Of a stretch of DNA of 64,000 nucleotides, positions 13,541 through 26,010 are shown one piece after another; position 1 is the first letter of the stretch; the number at the start of each line of letters is the position of its first letter. The DNA comes from Isurus oxyrinchus (lineage: Eukaryota). The translations under genes and the position numbers were made by a program. The stretch lies in assembly GCA_026770705.1 (NCBI GenBank), contig JANJGN010000301.1:372001-436000 (forward strand), read 5' to 3'. The notes beneath the pieces are model-generated. The model was given only the letters and a program-made list of their open reading frames with translations, ran no database searches and was not told the origin of the DNA.

Positions 13541-14539
13541 TTGTATTGGGGAAAGTAAAGAAACGAAATTTAGCTCTGGCTGAGGTGTACTTAAGGAAAG
13601 CAGCTTCATCTCTTCGAGTTTCCATCCAAAATGCAAAGAGAAAACATAGAAAGAAGAAAAAAGCGCTGTAGAGAAATTGTTAAATGCAATCTTGAATCTG
13701 GAAGGCAACCAAGTGCTGGAAAGCTGCACCTTGTAGTTCCAGTCACCGCCACTGTAGGGCAGTGGGAGACTGTTGTGATCAGTGTTGGGGCGAATTCCAG
13801 ACTGAGAACAATGTTCAGTCACTTTACTGAAGAAAATGTCATTAAAAGAACACATGTGGAAACAAAAAATATTTTAATATTCATAGTATATTTTACATTG
13901 TTTAACGTAATTCATTATACTGTGCTGTCAATGTTGTTATTACTGTTGGCATGCTGTTAATATTTGAAAACAAAAGTTCGCACTACATTCAAGTGGGGAA
14001 GCACACGGGTTCACAATATGAAAGGAGACTTTCGGGTAAATCTTCCTGTTGTAACACAGAGAGTTATCGCAATCTGGAATAAAGCTTCAGCAAGAATGCG
14101 AGAGGAGAATGCACTGGAATCGTTGGATGCTACAGTTGAAGGCGAGATGTAGGGTCTCCCCCGATAACAGACCTAGAGTAGGAAGGAGGGAATAATTTGT
14201 CTTTCTAACTACCTTGTGTACTGTAGCTTGGCGGGAACTCACGTACTTACCGGTATGTGCCATGAGAGAGCAATGTGAACCAATGAGCAAATTGAATGTG
14301 GGTAGACCGGTGCGAGCTCACAGGCAGGGTGAGCTGGTGTCAGTATGACACGCTGAGTATGGGCTTATAAGCACCAAGACTGAGCTTCTTATGTTCAAGC
14401 GACAATAAGGTACCTCTGAGTTAGACCTGAAGCCCGTGTTTAGTTTCTTGTTAATTATGGTGAATATAATATCCATCTCCTTCTTCTAAACTGACCTCCC
14501 GAGACAATTGTTACAGCCAGTAATTCATGTGATTTGATA

Positions 14540-14912
14540 ATGCTTAGAATTTACAGAATTTGTTTGCCGTTTTTCACTCTTACCTTCACGGATGTGGCCG
14601 GTAAGGACGAGGTGCTGTAGCTCTCTGGGCAGGTGGTCGTTAGGGAAGCAGGAAACTTAACCATGAACTGCACCCACCCAACAGCATTTAACCTTGTGTC
14701 TTGGTACAGACAGCTCCCGAATCAGCCACCCCAGTATCAGGTAATGGCCACAAGAGGAACTGGTCAACACGGGAGGATCACGGCTTCAATCAGTGAAAGC
14801 AGCAAACTCAGTATCCTGACTGTGAGCAATTGTCGAAGTTACAGACACTGCCAATTATCTCTGCGCCGTGAGCCACAGTGTAGCAAACATATGGGGAGCT
14901 CGGACAGAAACC
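14540..14912 (+). pseudogene. TCR V segment (family A) pseudogene with intact 23-RSS
   Basis: MLRIYRICLPFFTLTFTDVAGKDEVL*LSGQVVVREAGNLTMNC...SWYRQLPNQPPQY...(frameshift) DTANYLCAVS. RSS CACAGTG (14874-14880) + 23 bp + ACAGAAACC (14904-14912). Confidence 0.88.
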
Positions 14913-15281
14913 TGCACCGAGTGGGCAGCCGCTCTACTGTGTTTGGATTATCAGCGTTGCGAGTGGCGCGGTTATAAAATGATCGGAAGGTAGGAGATAT
15001 GAGTGCCAAAATAAAGAAAACAGAAGAAATATTTAAAGAGAGTCGGAAATAAAGAGAGCTGGAAACATAGACGGTGAAAAAGGAGGAGCAAAGACGTAAG
15101 CCAGAACATGTAGCGAAAAAGAGCATGAGAAAAGCTGCAGTAATAATATTTGAACAGGACAGATATTTAGGAAACTATTGAAAGAGACAGTAAAAAAGAT
15201 AGAAAGAAAAGAGAGAGAAAGGAGGAGAAGCAAATTGTCCCTGATACCTGAGCCAAAGACCTGGAGAATGTGTGAGAATCC

Positions 15282-15422
15282 NNNNNNNNNNNNNNNNNNN
15301 NNNNNNNNNNNNNNNNNNNNNNNNNNNNNNNNNNNNNNNNNNNNNNNNNNNNNNNNNNNNNNNNNNNNNNNNNNNNNNNNNNNNNNNNNNNNNNNNNNNN
15401 NNNNNNNNNNNNNNNNNNNNNN
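15282..15422. other. Assembly gap (141 N)
   Basis: Run of n. Confidence 1.
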
Positions 15423-15739
15423 ACAATGTCATGGGCACATCTCAGATTGCTTGTCTTCAGAAGTAAATCCTTAGTTTAAAACTTATTCCCAAAACGGTTC
15501 CAACATAATCGTGTTTTGAAAACTGCTCATTTAGGAAAGTTTTCTATCCTTCCCCTCACTCATTTTTCATTTATGTTTGCTCTTCAGTTGTCCCTGTCTG
15601 TGTTTCCAATTCTCTTTGTTTCACACTTTTTGAAATCTATAGCTTCACTATTTTCTATTTTATGCTCATTCGCTATAGCTTTCCATTATTATTACCGGAT
15701 ACTCCAAAACACAGCAGAGCAGCTCCCCCACTGGGTGCA

Positions 15740-16107
15740 GGTTTCTGGACAGACTCTCCACCTGCTTGTTACACTTTGGCATCACGGCACAGAGATAGGT
15801 GGCGCTGTCTGTCATTTAGGCAGCCCTCACTGTCATGTTATGGAATTTAGTGCCTCCCCAGTTTGCAGCAATGATCCTTCCTTGTTGATCAGTCCCACTT
15901 GTAGCCATCACCAGATGCTGGAGGGGTTGATTCGGGCGATGGCTGTCCCAGTGCAGGGTGGTGAACGCAGCTGTAGCCAAGCAGCTTATGGATACGATTC
16001 CCAATTCACTGAGAACCAGCCGCCCAGGGAGCTGCACCACGTCATCTTCACTTGTCCGTTCAGGGAAGTGTGTAAACCAGCACGATAACTCGGTAAATCC
16101 GTAAAAT
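15740..16107 (-). pseudogene. TCR V segment (family A) pseudogene
   Basis: VVQLPGRLVLSELGIVSISC...LHWDSHRPNQPLQHLVMAT...*MTDSATYLCAV. Mutated RSS CAAAGTG (15778-15772) + 23 + CCAGAAACC (15748-15740). Confidence 0.85.
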
Positions 16108-16379
16108 TATTTGACCAGATCAAATGCTGGTAGAAAGAATTCCTCACAAAAGCCGGGCTAGAACCACGACAGGGGTATTAGATTTAAGAGGATTAACAAC
16201 AGCCAAACAGCCACTTCAGGTCCAACTCAGAGGTATTTTCGAGTAGAAAAACCAAAGAACCTGTTCTCAGAGTGTACCTGTTCCTGGCCACTATCCTGCC
16301 ACAACCTCTCCCTCCCTCCCACTCGGTGCTTCTCATTAACGGCAGTTTATACTGCGTCTGAGCTCACACGCGGTACTCC

Positions 16380-16890
16380 ACTCTCAGTCTTTCTGCAGGA
16401 CACCAGCTCACAATCTCCGACCTCACACCGGGCCGCCCACAATCAGTATTTCTCACTGAGACCAGCTCACACTCTCTGAGATCACACTGGGCCGACCACA
16501 CTCAGTGTTTCTCACTGAGGCCAATTCACACTCTCTGAGCTCACACCGGGCAGCCCACACTCAGCGTTTCTCACTGAGACCAGCTCACAATCTCTGACCT
16601 CACACTGGGCCGCCCACACTCAGTATACCTCACTGAGACCAATTCACACTGTCTGAGCTCACACCAGGCCAACCACACTCAGCGTTTCTTACTGAGGCCA
16701 ATTCACACTCTCTGAGCTCCCATCGGGCTGCCCACACTCAATGTTTCTCACTGAGGCTAATTCACACTCTCTGAGCTCATACCGGGCCGCCCACACTCAA
16801 TCTTTCTCACTGAGGCCAATTCACACTCTCCGAGCTCACACCGGGCCTCCCACACTCAGTGTTTGTCAGTGAGATCAGCTCACACTGAGC
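16380..16890. repeat. 59-bp minisatellite, about 9 copies, upstream of a family A V
   Basis: Unit cacactcagtgtttctcactgaggccaattcacactctctgagctcacaccgggccgcc. The register shifts 1 bp per 60-bp line. Confidence 0.92.
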
Positions 16891-17349
16891 CAGCCTCACT
16901 CAGTGTTTGTTAGACAGGCTAACTATCTTCGCACAATGACCAACAGTATTTTTGAATGTTTCACACCCGCCCTTGTGGCTCCTACTGCCAATTGCGCATT
17001 GCTTTATTGACGCCAAATTCCCACAGGTTGCAGTTTTGATGACTGTTGCAGTTAAGAAAAGCTATTCCATCTTGTCGTGGTTCACTGCTCCCGAGACATC
17101 CTAATCCCCACTTTCCATTGTGGCATCCAACAATGTCAGTGTTTTTTTCCTCCCGCTCTCTATGTGAAACCATATCCCACACTGAGTGCCCTCTGTTTGT
17201 GTAAAGAGGAATTTGATTATTCCAAACCTAATATTTTCGTTGTACTTTGAGCCCCTGACCTACCTCAGATGGGTGCGATGTTTCGTGCTGATGTTTTCAA
17301 TCTGTCAAGCATAATAACCGTATGGATAAACATTAATCAAAGCAAGAAA

Positions 17350-17760
17350 TAAGGAAAGATTTTCATTTATTTAGCACGTTTCATGATTACTGGACGCCTC
17401 AAAGCACTTAACAGCACTGAAGCATTTTTGAAGCGGGGTCACTGTTGTAATGTAGGAATTTCAACAGCTAATTTCCAATTGGCAAACTCCCACATACAGA
17501 AATGTGGTAATGACGAGATAACCTGGAGGATAAACGTTGGATAATTCCAACGCTATTCTTGGAAATGGTGCCATGACATATTTAACAACCACCGGAGCAG
17601 GGAGATGCTGTCTCGTTTTCGTGTGTCACCTGAAAGGTGTCACCTCCTTGAACAATGCACCTTAGTGTCGGCCTTGAATTAAGCCCTAGAGTGAGATTGA
17701 ACCCACAACCTTGTCATTCTGATGAGAGTACAGCTTCAACAGAACCAGGGCTGACAATGA
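17350..17760 (-). mobile_element. SINE (DeuSINE-like) remnant
   Basis: Resembles the reverse complement of the SINE-like stretches at 32490-32660 and 53620-53870. Confidence 0.45.
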
Positions 17761-18173
17761 CATAAGAACAAATAAAAAACAGTGACACCAATTTCAAAGC
17801 ATTGCCTTAGTTGTAACTCTTTCCTTAATCCGTTTCTTCAACGAAGTTCACGTCCTGACACTGAAGCCAAAACAGTGGACACATTGTCCCACTGCTTCCT
17901 GGGTAGCTCATCTTTCAATTTTCCACCTTGCCTTTCTTTTCTTTTCCTGGTCCCATGTGGTAACAAAGCTTTTCCTGTCTCTCTTACTCATTCCGACTTG
18001 CCTGCTTGGTCTCCATTTTACTCTGCATCTCTTTATTTGAAGCTTCATTTAAATGTTTCTCCTGTACATACATTTTTTTAATTGAGCTCATTGCCCTGCA
18101 CTTGGAAATGTATAGTCGTGCAACTCACAATACCTATCCCAAACAGAGTGGAGAGGAACTCCGACATGTTGCA

Positions 18174-18539
18174 GGTTTTTGTTTGGGCTCGACGTCTTTT
18201 GTTACACTGTGTCTTATGGCGCAGAGATAAGTGGCAGTGTTACGGAGCCAAGCGTCACTCAGTCAGGGTGCTGAGTTTGCTATCTCCACCCACTGAATCA
18301 GTGATTCTCTCGTGCTGATTGGATCCTCTTGTGGGCATCACCAGATGCTGGTGTGGTTGACTGGTGAGCTACCTGTACCAGGACACGACACTGAACACAG
18401 TAATGGTGGTGCAGTTCATGGATACGATTCCTGCCTCACTAACAACCATCTGCCGAGAGAGCTGTATCACCTCACCTTCTCCAGTCACCTCCGTGTAGAG
18501 GGTGAAAAACAGCCAAGCGATTTTGTGAATTCTAAGCAT
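18174..18539 (-). pseudogene. TCR V segment (family A) pseudogene
   Basis: MLRIHKIAWLFFTLYTEVTGEGEVIQLSRQMVVSEAGIVSMNC...SWYR*...TATYLCAIR. RSS CACAGTG (18211-18205) + 22 + ACAAAAACC (18182-18174). Confidence 0.87.
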
Positions 18540-18704
18540 TGTCAGGTCCGATAAAATGGCGGTTGAAGCAATTGTTCAAAGAGGTCAGGTTAGAAGCAGG
18601 AGATGGATATTATATTCAGAAGATTCAACAAGGAGCTTTAGGTTCAACTCACAGGTGCCTTCCTGTCGTACTAACGGAAGACGCCGAGTCTCGGGATTTA
18701 CGCG

Positions 18705-19030
18705 CTCGAGGTTTCACACTGACATCGGCTCACCCTGTCACTGAGTGCAGGCTTGACCGCCCACATTAAATATTTCATAGTGGCACCGGCTCAATCTGTC
18801 TCTGAGCTCAGACTGGACTGCCCACTGTCAATATTTCACACAGACACCGGCTCAGCCTGTCTCTGAACTCACACCAGTCCGCCCACGTTGACTATTTCTC
18901 ATTGACACCGGCTCAACCTGTCTCTGAGCTCACACCGGTCCACCCACATTCAATATTTCTCACTGACACCAGTTCACCTTGTCTCTGACCTCACACGCGG
19001 TCGTTCACATTCAATATTTCTCACTGACAC
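18705..19030. repeat. About 60-bp minisatellite, 5-6 copies, related to 16380-16890
   Basis: Unit aatatttctcactgacaccggctcaacctgtctctgagctcacaccggtccgcccacattc. Confidence 0.85.
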
Positions 19031-19231
19031 TATCTCTACATCGTGTCACTCACGTTTAATCCTGCTCACTGACTCTCTGATCTCTCAAAATCTGTCAGTC
19101 TCGCCGCACCACAGGGGACACAGAAATTGAGGTGCAAACATCCTGGGACACGACAACAGACTATTGAGGGCGGGTATTAGAAAGGGTGTCTTCAAATATC
19201 AAGCAGCTCCTTGACAGGGTGGACAGCGACA

Positions 19232-19737
19232 ATGTGGCTACTCAGCATCTGGGCTGTGTGGGCAGCAATTTTGACAGGTAATCGTGAAGGGAATACATTT
19301 TATCGTGTATCTCATTTGCCAGGCATGGGTACAATCATACTTCAATCAGCTGTCGGCCTTTACTTTTCTGTCTTAATATATTTTTTTCCAGACCAGACTC
19401 TTGGAGATTCTGTCACTCAGCTACTCCCATCAGATGTTAAGACAGAAAGAGAAGAGGTGATTTTAAACTGTAACTATGATAGTACATGGAGCAGCTATAC
19501 GTGATACTGGTACCGACAACACCCAGATACAGAGCCCCAGTTTGTATTGTTGAAGAATACTGCTAACACTGAACGTAAAGCAGAATTTGCGAGAAGTCAT
19601 TTCTCTATAGTGCTCCAGATCTCCACTAAATTCACCAGTTTAACCATCTCGGGTCTGCAGCTGACTGGCGCTGCCATCTATTACTGCTCTTTTAGGCTTC
19701 CAGTGATGAAAATCAGTCTCACCCCTGTACGAAAACA
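19232..19737 (+). pseudogene. TCR V segment (family B) pseudogene
   Basis: Leader MWLLSIWAVWAAILT 19232-19277 with GT donor; V exon from 19392 (DSVTQ...LNCNYD...YT*YWYRQHPD...AAIYYCSFR). TGA at 19502. RSS TCCAGTG + 23 + ACGAAAACA (19699-19737). Confidence 0.9.
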
Positions 19738-20099
19738 GCCTTTGCATTGTTAATGGGAGCTCCTGCCTCTTGGGGTTTGTGTAGAATCGCGGGTGGATTT
19801 AGCTACAATGTGCAGCGGCGCTGCCAGCCGCTCAGAAACATACAGCGAGAGGAAAACAAATTAACCTCAGATCAAACTGTCACCCAACTGTTCCCAGGAG
19901 AGGCCGGGAAACTCAAACAAACTGCAGAATCCGATCGGTCAAATAGGCCAATAAAGGGTATTATACCTAAAGACACCCTGTCCAATCCTCACTGGTTACT
20001 CAACATCACCAGTTGATCAAGGTTAATGGAGAAGGAATACATTCTAGAATGATGGAGTCATCCGCAAACAGAATAGACACTGAAGGTGCTCAATGCTTG

Positions 20100-20510
20100 G
20101 TTTAATCATCACAAGGCTGTACAGGACTAGCCATATAAATACTGTGGCTATAAGATCAGGTCAGAGGCAGGTCAGATCCTGTGGCCAGCAACTCACTCCC
20201 CACTCCCCAAGCCTGTCCACCATCTACAAGGCAAAAGTCAGGAGTTTGATGGAATATTCTACAATTACCTGGGTGAGTGCATCACCCACAGCACTCAATA
20301 AGCTTGAAACCATCCAGTACAAAGCGCGCTTTTGATTGGCTCCACATTCATGAACATTCACTCGTTCCACCACCGACGCACAGTAACAGTAGTGTTTACC
20401 ATCTACAAGTTGCACTGCAGGAATTCACCAAGGGTCCTTGGACACCTCGTTCCAAACCCACGGCTGTTACCACCTAGAAGCACAAGGGCAGCAGGTAGAT
20501 GGGAATACCA
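20100..20510 (+). mobile_element. LINE 3' fragment (same family as 32660-33700)
   Basis: STIYKAKVRSLMEYS...HSFHHRRTV...IYKLHCRNSPR. Confidence 0.7.
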
Positions 20511-22559
20511 GCAAAAATAGGACAGCAAAAGATGAAAAAAAAAATCAATTCTTTTATGAAAGTCGACTTTGGTTTATATTACGAGTCGAAATATACTGTA
20601 AGTCCAGAATTCATTGTCACCTGCATTCAGACAGGAAATATTCATAAAGGAGAGAAGGCTGTAGTCAAGAGAAGAAATTCCAAGATCTATCAAGCGGGAC
20701 AAACCTCCAGCATTGCACAACTCAGTTTTGCGCTGTTTTCTGATAGATCAGGCAGATCTCCTTGAAACTCACTGTGGAGCCTGAATCCTCCCTCCTCCTC
20801 ATTGGTGTGAGGGAGCCCTCTAGTGGGCACAGACTGGAACTCTCGGTGTGAGGTTTTCTACAGGCTCCTGGAAGACCTATTCACTATTATTTGTTATTCA
20901 TTCATGGGATGTGGGCTTCGTTGGCTGGGCCAACATTTATTGTCCATGACTAATTGCCCCTTGAGAACATAGTGGTGAGCTATCTTCTTGAGCCGCTGTA
21001 GTCCATGTGGTGCAGGTTCTGCCACAGTGCTGTTAGGAAGTTCCAGGATTTTGACCCAGCGGCAGAGATGGAACTGCATGCAATGAATACTACACGTGTC
21101 ACAATTGCACTGAAGCACATTAAAGTGGAACAGTTATGTAGATACCTGAAATAAAATTGCGCTGTCTGACTGTGAGGAAAAAGCAGGTTGGACTGCCTGT
21201 AAAGACCAGGTTGGAATGTGTGTAATGTTAATTGATTCTATTGAAGCAGCTCATGATCTATGTGGAATACCGAAATATGATTGCTCTTTTTGTGACGGCC
21301 CTTTTGAAATACTTTGTAATGTTCTTTCAGATATTTCATGAATAAAGTATATTTTTCCGAAAACGAACTAGATCATAGGAGACAGACTGACTAATGCCAA
21401 TGGTATAATTACATGATTGCTTTAGTAACTGAGTTCATTTATTGCCGAAATCTTAGTAAGAGAACGATCGATACAATAGATAAAAGCTTTAAAATCGTGG
21501 AAAATACTATCTGAAATGTGTAACGGCAAGAATTGAACTCTGCCCCCAGTGGGAGAGGGCAGGGTTACTTATACTGTATCTATTATTTCAGCTGGGAAGT
21601 CTCCTGGAAATCTGACCTGTTCACTAAACTTTGTCATGTACTACATGCGACTGCTAAATTGCCACCACCGCCGATTCGGGGCAGTTGCTGCCTAAGCGGC
21701 ATTGAAGAGTAACTCTCGACCGCTGAATGGAAGGAGAAATTGCTGGGGTGAAATTTTGATTTCCTCCAACAGGTGGCAGACGAAGCCCAGAAATCGCCCT
21801 GCTCCTTTCCTGGAGCCTTCGAATAATCCATCATCCAATCTGTGCTTCCAAATCCTACTTCGCTCCTGGAATCCACTCTCTATGATTGGAATTCACCCGT
21901 CTGCAGGGAAAACGATAGCCGCTGTCCCATTCGCCTAGGAAAAGATGTGGAGAGTTGAGTCACTTTTACTAATCTCACATCCACATTGTCAATGCTTCCA
22001 CAATCCATTGTAGGGGGAATAATGGGAGAGTAATTAATACTGTGGAACCCACACAATCTCCACCACATCTCTGCAACAAGTGCTGCCCTCATTCCTCTCC
22101 GCCCCCACTATCCTTCTGAAGCAAATGTGGCTCTTTCTCATTTTGTGGACTCTTAAATGGAGAGGAATGGCAATGTGAACCCATCTGATCTTCTCCTCCT
22201 CCATCTCAGAAAATGGATCTCCCTTCTTCAGACTCCTGGGTTTCAAGGCAAACGCCACAGGGTGAAAGGTCAACCTCTGCCCCAATGGACAATTGAATGT
22301 CTCGTCAGAGACAGGAGGCCCTCTTTGAACTCGGCTGAGGAACGGACTCCGGCTCCGTGAAGATCCTTGAACAAAGATCTGACTCACCCACATCACTATT
22401 CTGTGCAAGACCGCAGAAAGCATGACATAATTGAGCCCTGAAATAAGACTAAATGCCACGAGACTGCGTGTTCGTGTCAAGTGGACTTCAGCATGGCAGT
22501 GTGACCGGAATCTCCGGGAAAATGTCAGACCAGGCAAAAAATGCCATCATCGATTGCAA

Positions 22560-22830
22560 TTGGGATTATCCTAACTGATTGAAACTCAGTGCATTGTGAA
22601 CACAATCGGTGCCGAGGCTAAACATTGGTGCAGTCAAGTGCAAAACCATGACCCGGAATTCATCAAATCTGCGACCGCAACACTGACGGGGCTGTCCAGA
22701 TTCTATCTTCACCGAAGGAGAAGTTATGACATTATAAGTATTGAGAGCATCGCAACATCAGACGTTGGAAAAAGTGGTGTTCAGTGAGAGATGGTGGGGC
22801 CGAGACTGAGCGGGCCCACACAATACCAGC
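22560..22830 (+). pseudogene. Highly degraded TCR V remnant
   Basis: QCIVNTIGAEAKHWCSQVQNHDPEFIK...ISIESIATSDVG has Cys/Trp spacing like a V domain. Paralogous to 42250-42450, which keeps an RSS-like end. Confidence 0.5.
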
Positions 22831-23359
22831 TGCGTGTTTCCTTCAGCCAGGCCCTACACAGGTACCGTTATGGGGGTTCATTTCCACAGGCTTCACCCAT
22901 CCTATAAGGAAAAGGTAACCAGACTCTCCTAAGTGTGTTGACTCTCTTGACAGTTAGAATAACATCGGGGCTCGCCAATCGAACTGGGAAAGGGGTTCAT
23001 AGAACATGCTGAGTGTGCTAATTGCTTTGTGAGACACAAACCCACAGGGGCCACACATTCTGCAAGGAAATAGCTCCTTAGGCTGTCCTGATGGTGTTAA
23101 CTGTTTACTGAGGTACAGTTCCTCTAGAACTCACTCATCCTTTAAGGGACGTTTTCAACTAGAGTTGAACACCCAGTGTCAGGCTCGTCGCTTACGGGAG
23201 TGACCCTCATAAAGAGATGTGCTTCCTCACTTGCCTCCACCCGGAGCAGAAGAAGCTGCTGCTCTTCAAACAAACTGATCGGTTCAGACGTGAACCAATG
23301 GAGAAATGAGCAGCCGGCGAACAAACCACCTCCTTCTTTCTGGTGAACAGTAACAATTT

Positions 23360-23400
23360 CCAGCCAATGAGGAGCGGGAAAAATAAGCACGTGACCGAGA
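23360..23400 (+). promoter_or_regulatory. V promoter: CCAAT box plus E-box (CACGTG)
   Basis: cagccaatgaggagcgggaaaaataagcacgtgacc about 120-150 bp upstream of the ATG; conserved at 42973-43010. Confidence 0.55.
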
Positions 23401-23514
23401 CATTGCGTATACAACATTGACTTCAATCAGCCAACATGGTAATCTCTGCACCAGATTCGCTTTCTTCTGCTGTGAGCGGTGTCCTGTTTTTCGATTGACA
23501 TTCTCATAGCAAAC

Positions 23515-23943
23515 ATGTGTTGTTTTGCACAGTTAAAGCTATTTTCCGTCATTCTGGCAATTCGAACAGGTAGGTACAGGACAAATACCCAGAGTAAGTT
23601 GTTCATTATTAATCTCGTTTATCCAGTGTTTCATACCCTAAATACGTTTCCAGGTCGATGTCTCTCGGACCGTGTGCTTCAATCTCCCGCATCGAAAACA
23701 GTCCAGAGCGGGGATTCGGTGCAGATGGACTGCAGCTATGAGGTGTCCAGCTTTTACACGATGCATTGGTACAGGCAGAAACCCGGTCAGGGACTGGAGT
23801 GGATTATAAGGCAAATATCGACTGGCAAAGAGAGAAGCGGGCGATTTGAACTGAATCTTTCCGAGTCGGAGAAACGCGGCCAACTGCTCATTGAAGGCAC
23901 TGAGGGCGCTGATGCCGCTGTTTATTACTGTGCTGCTGAGTCC
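23515..23943 (+). CDS. TCR alpha/delta V segment (family C), apparently functional; leader 23515-23569, V exon 23654-23943
   Basis: MCCFAQLKLFSVILAIRT|GRCLSDRVLQSPASKTVQSGDSVQMDCSYEVSSFYTMHWYRQKPGQGLEWI...DAAVYYCAAES. Canonical GT-AG, both Cys and Trp present, no stops. Confidence 0.93.
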
Positions 23944-23982
23944 CACACTGAAACAAAACGCGGCATTGACTGTACAAAAACC
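23944..23982 (+). promoter_or_regulatory. 23-RSS
   Basis: CACACTG + 23 bp + ACAAAAACC. Confidence 0.93.
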
Positions 23983-24069
23983 TCGCTCCTGGTTACAGGT
24001 CCGGAAGAGCGGTAGCAATCTCTATGAGCACACAAGGCGGGCCTTTCATCAGATAAACTGACGGTCACA

Positions 24070-26010
24070 ACATAAGGCTATAAGACCATAAGACATAGGA
24101 GCGGAAAATAGGCCATTCGGCCCATCGAGTCTGCTCCGCCATTCAATCATGGCTGATAAGTTTCTCAACCCCATTCTCCCGCCTTCTTCCCGTAACTTTT
24201 GATCCCCTTACCAATCAAGAAACTATCTATCTCCGTCTTAAATACACTCAATGACCTGGCCTCCACAGCCAACTGCACAGATTCACCACTCCTTAGCTAA
24301 AGAAGTGTCTCCTCATCTCTGTTCTAAAAGGTCTTCCCTTTACTCTGAGGGTGTGCCCTCAGGTCATAGTCTCTCCTACTAATGGAAAAATTTTCCCCAT
24401 CCAGGCCTTTCAGTATTCTGTAAGTTTCAATCAGAGCCCCCTCATCCTTCTAACCTCCATTGAGTATAGACCCAGAGCCCTCAAACGTTCCTCATATGTT
24501 AAGCCTTTCATTCCTGGGATCATTCTCATGAACATCCTCAGGACCCTCTCCAGGGCCAGTGCGTCCTTCCTGAGACACGGGGCCCAAGATTGCTCACAAT
24601 ATTCCAAATGTGGTCTCACCAGAGCCTTATAAAGCCTCAGCAGCACATCCCTGCTTTAATATTCTAGTCCTTTCGAAATAAATGCCAACATTGCGTTTGC
24701 CTTCTTAACTACCGACTCAACCTGCAAGTTAACCTTAAGAGAATCCTAAACTAGGACTCCCAAGTGCCTTTGCACTCCAGATTTCTGAATTCTCTCCCCA
24801 TTTAGAAAATAGTCTATGCCTCTATGCTTCCTACCAAAGTGCATAACCGCACACTTGCCCACGTTGTATTCCATTTGCCACTTCTTTGCACATTCTCCTA
24901 ACCTGTTCAAATCCTTCCACAGACTCACTGCCACCTCCATACTACCTGTCCCTCCACCTATCTTTATATCGTCTACAAATTTAGCCAGAATGCCCTCAGT
25001 TCCTTCATCTAGATCATTAATGTATAAAGTGAAAAGTTGTGGTCCCAACACTGTCCCCTACGGAACTCCATTAGTCACCGGCTGCCATACTGAGAAGGAC
25101 CCCCTTATCCCCACTCTCTGCCTCCTGCCAGACAGCCAATCTTCTATCCATGCTAGTAGCTTGCCTCTAACACCATGGGGTCTTATCCTACTAAGCAGCC
25201 TCCTGTGTGGCACCTTGTCAAAGGCCTTCTGGAAGTCCAAGTAGATAACATCCATTGGATCTCCTTTGTCTAACCTACTCGTTACCTCCTCAAAGAATTC
25301 TAACAGATTTGTCAGGCACGACCTCCCCTTGATGAAGCCATGCTGACTTTGCTCTATTTTACCATGCACTTCCAAGTGTTCTGAAATCTCATCCTTAATA
25401 ATGGATTCTAAAATCTTGCCAACGACCGAGGTCAGGCTAATTGGCCTGTAATTTCCCCTCTTTTGCCTCACTCCCTTCTTAAACAGGGGGTTTACATTAG
25501 CGATTATCCAGCCCTCTGGCACTCTCCCTGAGTCCAGTGATTCCTGAAAGATCACTGTTAACGCCTCCACTATCTCTTCAACTATCTCCTTCAGACCTCT
25601 GGGGTGTAATCCATCTGGTATAGGCGATTTATCCACCTTCAGACCTTTCAGTTTTCCTAGCTCCTTCTCCTCGGTAATGGCTACCATACTCAGCTCTGCC
25701 CCCCAACTCCCGTGAACTTTGGGGATGTTACTCGTGTCTTCCACTGTGAAGACTAACGCAAAGTACCTATTTAGTTCCTCCGCCATTTCTTTGTTCCCCA
25801 CTACTACTTCTCCAGCGTCATTTTCCAGCGGCCCAGTGTCCACTTTTGTCTCTCTCTTACCCTTTAGCTATCTAAAAAAAAACCTCTTGCAATCTTCTTT
25901 TATATTACTGGCTAATTTATCCTCATATTTAATCTTCTGCCTCCTTATTTCTTTTTTAGTTGTCATCTGTTGGTCTTTGTAGGCTTCCCAATCCCTTGGC
26001 TTCTCACTGT
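24070..26010 (-). mobile_element. 5'-truncated CR1 LINE (RT domain)
   Basis: ORFs 25058-25843 (NYRPISLTSVVGKILE, LDFQKAFDKVPH), 24746-25051 and 24431-24646. Tail repeats at 24070-24100. Confidence 0.92.

Noticed and set aside
16380-16890. Regular repeat resembling a CRISPR array
   Set aside because: Whole units repeat with no unique spacers, no cas genes are present, and the context is vertebrate.
21600-22540. Possible coding or retroelement remnant (ORF 22034-22537)
   Set aside because: No motif I can identify with confidence; needs RepeatMasker or BLASTx.
23479-24015. 178-aa ORF as a single-exon gene
   Set aside because: It reads through an 84-bp in-frame leader intron and the RSS. Canonical splice sites exist, and the paralogous intron at 43183-43274 is not in frame.
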